A stretch of DNA of 31,104 bases from positions 1-31,104 of IMG/VR virus record IMGVR_UViG_3300022885_000061; one strand, given 5' to 3'. A program made the translations under genes and the position numbers. The notes beneath the pieces are model-generated. The model was not told the origin of the DNA. It saw only the letters and a list, made by a program, of their open reading frames with translations, and made no database searches. Position 1 is the stretch's first letter. Each line of letters opens with the position of its first letter. Of this stretch, positions 7,593 through 15,134 are shown in pieces. The DNA comes from a virus (taxonomy: Duplodnaviria; Caudoviricetes).

Positions 7593-10437
7593 ATGATCCG
7601 TATATATCTGTTATAGAAACTAACCTATCTTTGTCAATAGTTCCACCTTCTTTTTTCCTATATAAATACATAGGTCCAGTCTGAGCTGAACTCGTGGATA
7701 TATCTAAAACGTACATAGGAACCGATTGAGGGTTAAATTCGTCAAACATAAATTGAGCCTCTTTAAGATCCTGTGTTGTATAATCATCACTTAGTTTAAA
7801 AGAACTATCTTGCATGACTCTACCTTCAGGAACTCTACCCTTGACAATTCTTTGTATAATTTCAGAACCATCCTCTTGTTTAAATGAAACAAAAGCTTTT
7901 GTATTTTCTAAGCCATAGCTATCATCAAAAGCCTTAATTTGTCGTAGTACATCCTCATCATCCATACTTTTTTTAAAATTAATTTGTGGTACTTCCTCTA
8001 TTATTTCACCAGATAATTCCTCAAAGGTTCCATCAGCTTGAAGTCTTTTACCAAAAAAACTAGCTTCAGGCTTGGAGGGATCTTGAATATTTTCTAGTCT
8101 AAGTTCTGATCCTGGATATTTCTTTTTAATATTTTTTAATTCTTGAATCATCTTTTTGTCATACAAATCTCTAAATCGTTTTGCAGCATCTCCTGTCTTA
8201 CCCCATCTTTTATTGGCTCCCACGTCAGCTGGCATAATAGCAATTTTCTTTATACCTTTATTTTGAGCATCTTTGATTGTAGCTTTTAAAAGAAGATCGA
8301 TATAATCCCCTGGTCTAGAAAAAGGAACAGGAGGAAAAGTGTTAAGCTCTTTAGTACCTATGGAGAAGGCTCTGCCACCACCTGATTCTACGTAATCGGC
8401 TAATTCTTTTGTAATATCAGTATCTGATACATTAGGAACACGAACTCCTTGTAATTTTTGCTCATATGTATGTTCACGATTCATTGAAGCTAAATCATCA
8501 AAAATTTTTATTTGTTTATTTTGAATACCAGAAATAGAATCTTCTAGTCTCGTTGTTTGTAGAGGTGATAGATTTTGTCTATCCTTAAACAATAATCCAT
8601 CGATTTCATCTTGAAGACTTATAAGATCTGTTTGAAGTGAGGATATTCTCTCACGACCAACATTAGTTGGAAAAGGTTTAGTAACACTCATATTTTCTAA
8701 TTCTTCTATAGTTCTTCCTCCCATATTTTTTTTTATTTCTTGAAGTTTTCTCTGAGCAATATCACGATCGTTTGCGTCTGATAGAGGGTTATTATAAATT
8801 TCATTCAGCTCTTCAGATTGTTTTTTTGCTCTTTTGACCATTGCATTAAGTCTTTGTTGTTCATTATTTACTGTTGTTAACAGATCTGTTTGAAGTTCTT
8901 GAATCACGGATACAGTTTGACCATTTGTGTTTTGATAATCAGCAACACGAGTAAAGCCTATAACATTCGGTTCTTCAAAGTGAGAACTTTGAACATAAGG
9001 ACTTCTGTCATTTGGAATAGGTCCTGACTGAATTACAATTTCACGATAATTCTCTCCAAAATTATCAATTGGAGCACTTCCAAAATTTTCGTGTCTTGGT
9101 CTACCTACGTAGTCAGTATACTCTCTTTGATCTCGAAGTGTTCCTAAATCTTCTTCATATTTTGGTTTATCTTTAACTTTTATTTCTATATTACCAACTG
9201 GAGATTCATTATAAATATCAATCAATTGCTCTCTAGATATTTTTTTTCCAGGATACATCTTATCGCTATCTATAAAAAAATCTTCCATACCAGAATCAAG
9301 AAGTTCTGTTTCAGGAGCTTTAAGTTCTCCTCCTTTTAAAAACTGTCTCCATGATTCAGGTGTTGCGTTCTTAGGAGCGTTAGCAGAATTTAATTTATCA
9401 ACTGTAAAAGATTTAAAAGCAAAATCATTATCACTAATTGATTTTACAGTTGGAAGTAATGTTTCAATTCCTACGTCTGCTCCACCCATATTTTGTGTAT
9501 CAACTAATTCATTGTATAGACCTACTTCCCTAAGATTTTTAGGAGTGGCTACACCTGGAGATGTTTTAAAAAGTTTATGGAGTTTAAACGGATTAAAAGC
9601 TGTGGCTCCTTCTAGTGATTTTTCAAAAGCATCTTCTTGTTCAAAAGCTGGATCTTTCATAAAACGATCGGACATAAAATCTACGTTCTGTGTAAAATCT
9701 TCTGCTGTTCCACCCAATGCAAAACCTTTAGGTTTTTTACCACCTAATCTAGTTTTATCACTAAATTTAAAAAGATTTTTGTCTACAAGTTCACCTATAA
9801 GGTCAGCTACAATTATTTTTTTTTGTTCAAGAGGTATATCTAAATTTTGAATTAGTTCTCTTGAATTATTACCGAGTGTTTTTGTAATCATCTGAGCTAC
9901 CTCAGGACCAAATTTTTTATAAATATATTTTACTAAATCGGCACCTCCTACAACTTCAAAAGCTCCAGCTATTACTCCCATATTTTCTTCCATCTGAGTT
10001 GAAGTTCCAGCTTTGATTTTTTCTTGTAAATCACTATAATATTTTGGATCAAATAAAAACTGAGCTGTTTCTCCAAGCATTTCAAAAGGAACTTGAATCT
10101 GAGATTTTAGTCCTTTCATTCCCGTATTTGTTCGAGCTATTTTCTGAAGTTCTCCTACAGGTACATCAGGACTAGATATTTTTTTTGCTACATAATCAAT
10201 AGGTTGTGCTATTCGTTTACCCGCTTGTAATAAAAGATCTCTTGAAAAATCACTAGCTACTCCTATGGGGGTCCCTTCACCAATCATAGGCTTTAAACCT
10301 GTATTTAAATCTGTAAAAAAATTTTTTAATTTTTCATACTGTCTTTCGTTTTCTGCTATTCTACGATCAATATTTTCATCTTGACTATAGGCCGGATCTT
10401 CATCGATAAGCATATCTATGTTTCTATAATCTACCAT
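7582..10437 (-). CDS. Large protein with GNAT-like/polyvalent-protein-type region; putative ejected virion protein
   Basis: 951 aa. NYREIVI...SHFEEPNVIGFTRV...IQELQTD, then LLKATIKDAQNKGIKKIAI...LYDK, a pattern resembling the C-terminal half of GNAT folds. Function is inferred. Confidence 0.5.
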   Translation of the reverse strand: MVDYRNIDMLIDEDPAYSQDENIDRRIAENERQYEKLKNFFTDLNTGLKPMIGEGTPIGVASDFSRDLLLQAGKRIAQPIDYVAKKISSPDVPVGELQKIARTNTGMKGLKSQIQVPFEMLGETAQFLFDPKYYSDLQEKIKAGTSTQMEENMGVIAGAFEVVGGADLVKYIYKKFGPEVAQMITKTLGNNSRELIQNLDIPLEQKKIIVADLIGELVDKNLFKFSDKTRLGGKKPKGFALGGTAEDFTQNVDFMSDRFMKDPAFEQEDAFEKSLEGATAFNPFKLHKLFKTSPGVATPKNLREVGLYNELVDTQNMGGADVGIETLLPTVKSISDNDFAFKSFTVDKLNSANAPKNATPESWRQFLKGGELKAPETELLDSGMEDFFIDSDKMYPGKKISREQLIDIYNESPVGNIEIKVKDKPKYEEDLGTLRDQREYTDYVGRPRHENFGSAPIDNFGENYREIVIQSGPIPNDRSPYVQSSHFEEPNVIGFTRVADYQNTNGQTVSVIQELQTDLLTTVNNEQQRLNAMVKRAKKQSEELNEIYNNPLSDANDRDIAQRKLQEIKKNMGGRTIEELENMSVTKPFPTNVGRERISSLQTDLISLQDEIDGLLFKDRQNLSPLQTTRLEDSISGIQNKQIKIFDDLASMNREHTYEQKLQGVRVPNVSDTDITKELADYVESGGGRAFSIGTKELNTFPPVPFSRPGDYIDLLLKATIKDAQNKGIKKIAIMPADVGANKRWGKTGDAAKRFRDLYDKKMIQELKNIKKKYPGSELRLENIQDPSKPEASFFGKRLQADGTFEELSGEIIEEVPQINFKKSMDDEDVLRQIKAFDDSYGLENTKAFVSFKQEDGSEIIQRIVKGRVPEGRVMQDSSFKLSDDYTTQDLKEAQFMFDEFNPQSVPMYVLDISTSSAQTGPMYLYRKKEGGTIDKDRLVSITDIYGSYGR

Positions 10438-11906
10438 TAGTAATACTCTGTCTCTCCGTGGTCCGTGGGCTCTTCTTCTTCATCATCGAATAACCGCACA
10501 AAATTGCCTTGTCTAAATCTCATTAAGGCTTGAGTCATAGAATCTACTAAGTCGTCATGTTCACCAAACGGGAACTGTGCACACTCTTCGACCATTTCTT
10601 CAGCCCATCTTTCGTCAGGTATCCACACTACTCCACTTTCGAACAACGGGGCAACTGCGTGTACCCTTGATACTTTATCATTCCCTTTACTAGGGGTAAA
10701 GTTAATTACAGGAATACCTAAGGCTCGTAGTTCTTGGATCAAGGGCAGTCCTGATGCTTTCGCTTCAACGATCACGGTCTCCGGTTCCCAGTATTTATAT
10801 TGTTCTATAGCTGCTTTCTTGAGTTCAGGGAACTCATAACGTTCCTTGATTGAATCTAATAATAAAATATTAGGGGTTACTTCGTCAGGATAGAATACAC
10901 CCCACGTTGTAATAGCACTATAATCCCCTGTTTCCTTTTTTGTAAACGCTGTATCATAACTTTGTATAACATGCTTCAACATAGGGATATCTTTTCTATC
11001 CCAAATTCTCCACCAGTCCCTTTTGATGAGAGCTCCTTCTTCACCTGTAGGATTTTGTTGCCACTGCGCTTGCCATTTTTGTTCTGTTAAAGATGCTTTG
11101 ACAGCTTCTAGTTCTTCGAGTTTCCAATAATTAGGCCAGACCGGGGTCCCTGAAGGAAGAATAGCTGGAAATTCTATAACATCCCATTGATCCGCTTTAG
11201 GTTCACCCATGGCTTTTTGTAATTGTCCTGTGATGTCTTTTTCAGACCAACGCGTCATAACTACAACGATCGAACCTCCAGGTTGCAAACGTTGACGAGG
11301 ACCCGATGTATACCATTCCCATGTATTATCCATTGCTGTCGAAGACAAGGCGTCTTGTTCAGAATGGGGATCATCAATAATAAGTAGATCAGCACCACGA
11401 CCAGTAATAGCACCACCCACACCCGCGCCGAAATATTCACCGCCATGATTCGTTTCCCAACGTCCCGCAGCTTTAGAATCTTCTGAGAGTTTAACATCTG
11501 GAAAAACTTTTGCATAATCATTAGAGTCAATAAGGTTCCTTACCTTACGACCAAATCTGTAAGACAGTTCAGCCGTGTGAGTTGTTTGTATAATCTTGGT
11601 CTGTGGTTTGTGGCCCAAGAGCCAAGCTGGAAAGAGGTAGGACGCAAATTCTGATTTTGTATGTCTCGGTGGCATGTTCACGATTAATCGTTTTATTTCA
11701 CCTGACAAGACCTTCTCAAACTTCTCCGCGATCATTCTATGATGATCAGATTCCACGAACCCTGGCCACACTGCTTTAACGAACGTTATAAAGGAGTCTC
11801 TTGACTTACTACTTAAATCTAATTGCGCTTTACGAAGTTCAAGTTTAAGCATTGCTTCTCTTGCTTCTTCATGCGTCATTGATTCGACATCAACGTCTAA
11901 TCTCAT
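10437..11906 (-). CDS. terL: Terminase large subunit
   Basis: MPPRHTKS (Walker A), LLIIDDP (Walker B), QSYDTA and HDDLVDS nuclease motifs. ATG 11906 preferred over TTG 11942; start uncertain. Confidence 0.95.
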   Translation of the reverse strand: MRLDVDVESMTHEEAREAMLKLELRKAQLDLSSKSRDSFITFVKAVWPGFVESDHHRMIAEKFEKVLSGEIKRLIVNMPPRHTKSEFASYLFPAWLLGHKPQTKIIQTTHTAELSYRFGRKVRNLIDSNDYAKVFPDVKLSEDSKAAGRWETNHGGEYFGAGVGGAITGRGADLLIIDDPHSEQDALSSTAMDNTWEWYTSGPRQRLQPGGSIVVVMTRWSEKDITGQLQKAMGEPKADQWDVIEFPAILPSGTPVWPNYWKLEELEAVKASLTEQKWQAQWQQNPTGEEGALIKRDWWRIWDRKDIPMLKHVIQSYDTAFTKKETGDYSAITTWGVFYPDEVTPNILLLDSIKERYEFPELKKAAIEQYKYWEPETVIVEAKASGLPLIQELRALGIPVINFTPSKGNDKVSRVHAVAPLFESGVVWIPDERWAEEMVEECAQFPFGEHDDLVDSMTQALMRFRQGNFVRLFDDEEEEPTDHGETEYY

Positions 11907-12084
11907 ACTCAGACTTATATCAGATGGAATTATTTGTGGCAATCACAACCTAGGTGCCCTTCTCATAGAAGCTAGGGGCCAAATAGGGGGGCGGGGGTCA
12001 GCCACAGACCTTGATCGGTGGAAAAGCGGTCTAGGAACCTTATTAAGTAGTAGGATTTTTTGAGAGCGGGGAAAATGGAGCGAG

Positions 12085-12113
12085 AAAGAAGGGGCGGGAG
12101 ATTATCCCGCCCC
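12085..12113 (-). terminator. Intrinsic terminator of cassette 1
   Basis: Perfect 9-bp stem GGGGCGGGA/TCCCGCCCC at 12091-12113, followed by TTCTTT on the minus strand. Confidence 0.85.
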
Positions 12114-12119
12114 AATCAA

Positions 12120-12362
12120 TTAAAAGTCTAAAGGATTAATTCTTCCTTGTAGCTTTGATAGTAGGTTACGACCCCATTGCTTTACCTGAGCGTCATCAGT
12201 AGTAGCAATAAGATTATAAATTTCACTACTAAGGAGATCAGCAATAGCACGATAGTCTACCTCTCTTCTTGTTTTGTTCTCACGCGTGATACGAGTTGTA
12301 TCATCAAGACGCTCTTCCACATCGGCAAAAGGTCTTAGCGTGAGATTGTTATCGTTAGGCAT
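12120..12362 (-). CDS. Hypothetical early protein, probably leaderless
   Basis: 80 aa ORF between its own promoter and terminator. No SD; ATG lies 6 nt after TAATAT. Confidence 0.75.
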   Translation of the reverse strand: MPNDNNLTLRPFADVEERLDDTTRITRENKTRREVDYRAIADLLSSEIYNLIATTDDAQVKQWGRNLLSKLQGRINPLDF

Positions 12363-12368
12363 ATAAGT

Positions 12369-12414
12369 ATATTATAGAAGTCCTAACTAATTGCAACTAA
12401 TTAGTTGTGGATAA
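12369..12414 (-). promoter_or_regulatory. Sigma70-like promoter P1 with upstream DnaA box
   Basis: TTATCCACA (12414-12406), then TTGCAA (12396-12391)-N16-TAATAT. Shares TTGYAATTAGTTAGGAC with P2. Confidence 0.7.
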
Positions 12415-12567
12415 CTTTATTTTCTTTTCAAGCACTCATCACCACATATTACCTACACACCTCATCGGCTTACCAGCAACGAAACCAAAATCAGCCTGGA
12501 GCCGTCCCGCGTGTAATAGTATATATAGTGTACATAGCTAATAGCTAAAAAGGCAATGGAGAATGGA

Positions 12568-12595
12568 GAAATGCATGGCGCAAATACGCCATGCA
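12568..12595 (-). terminator. Terminator hairpin of cassette 2
   Basis: 9-bp stem TGCATGGCG/CGCCATGCA (12572-12595), followed on minus by TTTCTCCATT, which is the repeat itself. Confidence 0.75.
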
Positions 12596-12612
12596 AAAGT
12601 GTGCCTAAACTT

Positions 12613-12960
12613 TTAATCGGCTTTGAAGGCTATCGGCTTACGACCCATGATAGCAGACATAGGAGCAACTAACTGCTCCTCCTCATCCTGATCTATTAAA
12701 GGTTTTAGTTCAATAGAATGAATGGCTTTAGTTTTATAAGATGCGTAGAGTTCAGGTTGATGTTCTCTTAACAACGCACTATCAAACTTCATGTAAGATC
12801 TATGAAGAATGTTAATCTTATGTACTTCACCTTTGATAACTTTATCGTCATCCGAAATGATAGTCTTAATAAGATCTTTCTGTTCTGTTAACTGCTTACT
12901 AATGAAATTATGTAATACAGTTAGTCTAACCAACTTATCTACTTCTTTCTTTTTGTTCAT
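12613..12960 (-). CDS. Hypothetical early protein (FD..L....P.LY..Y motif, like the C-terminal tail of YqaJ-type proteins)
   Basis: 115 aa, AGGAGG RBS, own promoter and terminator. Confidence 0.8.
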   Translation of the reverse strand: MNKKKEVDKLVRLTVLHNFISKQLTEQKDLIKTIISDDDKVIKGEVHKINILHRSYMKFDSALLREHQPELYASYKTKAIHSIELKPLIDQDEEEQLVAPMSAIMGRKPIAFKAD

Positions 12961-12988
12961 AGTTATTACCTCCTATCGGTATACTATT

Positions 12989-13044
12989 AATATAGTTATG
13001 TCCTAACTAATTACAAGTTATTATGTTAATTAAGTTGTGGATAA
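12989..13044 (-). promoter_or_regulatory. Sigma70-like promoter P2 with upstream DnaA box
   Basis: TTATCCACA (13044-13036), then TTGTAA (13016-13011)-N16-TATATT. Confidence 0.7.
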
Positions 13045-13146
13045 CTTTTTAGAGGATAGCGATCGTGCAACGCTGAGCTGTGACCGGCGGAATAATATAA
13101 TTATAGTAGCCATTGTATAAAGGGTAGAAGGGTAATGGAGAATGGA

Positions 13147-13567
13147 GAAAAGGCTTTACCATTAGCCGAGGAACTTTGCACATACTCCACTTGTGACAAA
13201 GATTAATTGATGTACCTCTTGCCTGTTGGCAATGTGGATAGGTCTACAAATACCTCGTTGTAATGGACAGAGGGTGTTAACCATATTACAGAGCGAACCT
13301 CTGCCCAAGTTTGGAGGGGAAGGACGAAGTGTCAACCTTTATAATAAAAATACCCTTCCCCAATGTTCTTAGCGTTGCGTTTCCAAGATAAGAGATTAAG
13401 CTAGATAGGTAACGAACCCTAAGAACAAAATGGCTTACACCTCCTAAAACTCTTCCCTTATCTTTAGAGGCGTCTAACTTCCTCAGCGAATCCCTAGCTT
13501 CTGCTACGGGAGAAAATAAACAAATAGCTCCTAAATTGGACTCTTGTTGTTTATGATACATTCGCAT
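13147..13567 (-). ncRNA. Candidate large structured non-coding RNA (~420 nt), family unrecognised
   Basis: At least seven helices, most of 8-12 bp, a long-range closing helix (13487-13479 with 13173-13165) and two loop-loop complementarities. Several stem imperfections are G-U only on the minus strand. It fills a whole promoter-to-repeat cassette. Confidence 0.75.
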
Positions 13568-13572
13568 AATAG

Positions 13573-13604
13573 TAATATAGTGGGATTCTCTAGGATGTCA
13601 AGAG
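13573..13604 (-). promoter_or_regulatory. Promoter P3
   Basis: TTGACA (13601-13596)-N16-TATATT (13579-13574); 28 of 32 nt identical to P4. Confidence 0.8.
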
Positions 13605-13734
13605 GAAAAGTAAAATAAAATAAAAAAACTTTTGTATGCTTCTTCCTCCACAAACCAGCTCCCAGCTCGGATAATATATAAGGGATATAGGTAAGTTAAA
13701 AAGGTAAAGAAGCAATGGAGAATGGAAAAAAGGG

Positions 13735-13887
13735 TCAGAAGAAGAGAGCAACAAACCAAACAATCGCCAGCAAGATCAGAAGCTCACCGAAAAGCAAACC
13801 AACGCCAAAGGGCACAGAGCTAATGATCTTAATAGCAATGGAAGTGAGGAGTATAGCCCACACAAACCAAATAATAAAAACAGGCAC
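13735..13887 (-). CDS. 50-aa two-helix membrane micro-protein (VPVFIIWFVWAILLTSIAIKIISSVPFGVGLLFGELLILLAIVWFVALFF)
   Basis: Hand-translated. GTG directly follows the upstream TAA; almost wholly hydrophobic; ends just before the repeat. Confidence 0.7.
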   Translation of the reverse strand: MPVFIIWFVWAILLTSIAIKIISSVPFGVGLLFGELLILLAIVWFVALFF

Positions 13888-14211
13888 TTAGGCGACGTCT
13901 TCGTCTTCAGCTTCTACCATATGATAACAATGTTCTTCAACAGCGAACCACGCCAAAAGGTTTTTTAGTTGATACATCGAGCCAACAAGTCCTCCTCGTA
14001 ATGTAGCAAGAAATTCTAGGATAGTTAGACCTTGACCCTCTGCAGATTCATAGACCATCTCCCATATTTCCTCTTCGTGTGCATCATGAAATGCAGAAGT
14101 ATCAGCGTAAGATATAAGTTCGCTCACTGTTCCGTTTATGCAACCATGCTCAACGACTTCCTTGATTTGGTCTTTGTCTAAGTTTCTTTTGATCCAGTCT
14201 TTAATGTTCAT
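13888..14211 (-). CDS. Acidic early protein (HGC..G.VSELI.Y...LKNLLAWFAVE); possible DNA mimic
   Basis: 107 aa, Glu/Asp-rich with an acidic tail (EAEDEDVA). Function is inferred. Confidence 0.75.
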   Translation of the reverse strand: MNIKDWIKRNLDKDQIKEVVEHGCINGTVSELISYADTSAFHDAHEEEIWEMVYESAEGQGLTILEFLATLRGGLVGSMYQLKNLLAWFAVEEHCYHMVEAEDEDVA

Positions 14212-14356
14212 TGTAGATTTCCTTTTCCAGCTTTGTAACTAAGTCTTGAATGTTTGCAATCACTTCCCCCTCTACCATGTAGACAGAGCCATTTGTTGGA
14301 TTGTCTAACAGGTAAGCGATCTCACATGATAGGTCGTCAATTAGTCTTTTTTTCAT
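14201..14356 (-). CDS. 51-aa hypothetical protein (MKKRLIDDLSCEIAYLLDNPTNGSVYMVEGEVIANIQDLVTKLEKEIYNEH)
   Basis: Hand-translated. AAGGAG RBS directly downstream of P4; overlaps the next start by 11 nt. Confidence 0.8.
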   Translation of the reverse strand: MKKRLIDDLSCEIAYLLDNPTNGSVYMVEGEVIANIQDLVTKLEKEIYNEH

Positions 14357-14376
14357 TTTTTGTTTCTCCTTACTAA

Positions 14377-14408
14377 TAATATAGTGGGATAAATTAGGAT
14401 GTCAAGAG
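14377..14408 (-). promoter_or_regulatory. Promoter P4
   Basis: TTGACA (14405-14400)-N16-TATATT (14383-14378); near copy of P3. Confidence 0.8.
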
Positions 14409-14532
14409 TTAAAGCAAAAAAAGTTCATCGTCATTATTTGTTTCCAGCTGAGTCCACACCGGAGAAAACCAGAGTAAAAAAGTTATCTTTAACACATAGT
14501 ATAAGAAGTTCATTGGCAATGGACAATGGAGA

Positions 14533-14606
14533 GTTGGGGTGAGCCCCGAGGACATCGAGGCTCGATTCTATGTTCGTTGGCTAACTAAAACAAAGAAGGA
14601 GATTCA
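14533..14606 (-). ncRNA. Candidate small RNA with 5' anti-SD tract and 3' hairpin
   Basis: TTGACA at 14635-14630 with an imperfect -10. The transcript would read GAAUCUCCUUCUUUGUUUUAG... and end in a 9-bp stem GAGCCUCGA/UCGGGGCUC (14563-14541; G-U on minus, mismatch on plus), then the repeat. Confidence 0.45.
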
Positions 14607-14723
14607 TCATTACACGAATCAGGCTTGGCTGTCAACCAGCACTGAGCTACCAGCCAGGCTGAACCAGCCAGGTACATGGACCTGGTATAGTATAAGGGAG
14701 GAACTAGGTAATGGAGGAATGGA

Positions 14724-15134
14724 CTAATGGAGATCGGTAGACTTCACGGGACTAGGAGCTCGCCAGGTACCCAGCAGTTCCAGAAGCTCTGGCCAGGTGC
14801 CTTGCTTAGAATTCCATAATGGAGGTTTATCAGCAATGGAGGATGGATCACGGACTATGGCCCCTGGATATAATCGGGTAGACCCTGTAAGAGGGTCCTT
14901 GGCCAGTACGAACACTGGACACCCAATGTTATAATGCTTATGTAGCCACGCAATTTGATGAGGACTGAACAGGAGCTTGTTATTTCTTATTATCTTTAAT
15001 TCAACCCAAAAAGGTCTTCTATAAAAACCAAACAAATCAGGTATTCCAAGTCCAGTATTTGATTCAATTCTTGTCCACACAACACCTTTTGTATTGTTCT
15101 TAACTTGTTTCCATAAATTATGCTCAGGTTTCAT
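14724..15134 (-). CDS. VRR-NUC/Holliday junction resolvase-like PD-(D/E)XK nuclease
   Basis: E..LW, RIE, GIPDL, WVELK and SPHQIAW motifs. Confidence 0.85.
   Translation of the reverse strand: MKPEHNLWKQVKNNTKGVVWTRIESNTGLGIPDLFGFYRRPFWVELKIIRNNKLLFSPHQIAWLHKHYNIGCPVFVLAKDPLTGSTRLYPGAIVRDPSSIADKPPLWNSKQGTWPELLELLGTWRAPSPVKSTDLH

Larger units (their letters stand above)
12552..14847 (+). repeat. Dispersed oriented heptad repeat G(C/T)AATGGA(G/C)AATGGA at cassette boundaries
   Basis: Cores at 12555-12567, 13134-13146, 13714-13726 and 14518-14530. Variants at 14710-14732 (three units) and 14835-14847, plus a single unit at 12074-12080. Confidence 0.9.

Noticed and set aside
657-12000. Short antisense or alternate-frame ORFs within capsid, scaffold, groES, holin, portal, the 951-aa gene and terL
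   Set aside because: Shadow ORFs of well-supported genes, without motifs or evident RBSs.
13286-13567. 93-aa ORF in the track
   Set aside because: No recognisable motifs, it covers only part of the cassette, and the sequence is better explained by extensive pairing. Not fully excluded, because its ATG sits at the predicted +1.
13147-13567. RNase P RNA, tmRNA or group I/II intron identity for the large RNA
   Set aside because: GAGGAAGUU and CGGCUAAU only loosely resemble RNase P ends and pair differently from P4. I found no tRNA-like T-arm/CCA or tag peptide, no intron catalytic motifs and no interrupted gene.
14539-14727. 62-aa plus-strand ORF
   Set aside because: Runs through a hairpin, promoter and repeat elements antisense to the local transcription direction; likely spurious.
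12552-14732. CRISPR array
   Set aside because: Repeats are only 13-20 nt, spacers are 190-800 nt and contain genes, and there are no cas genes.
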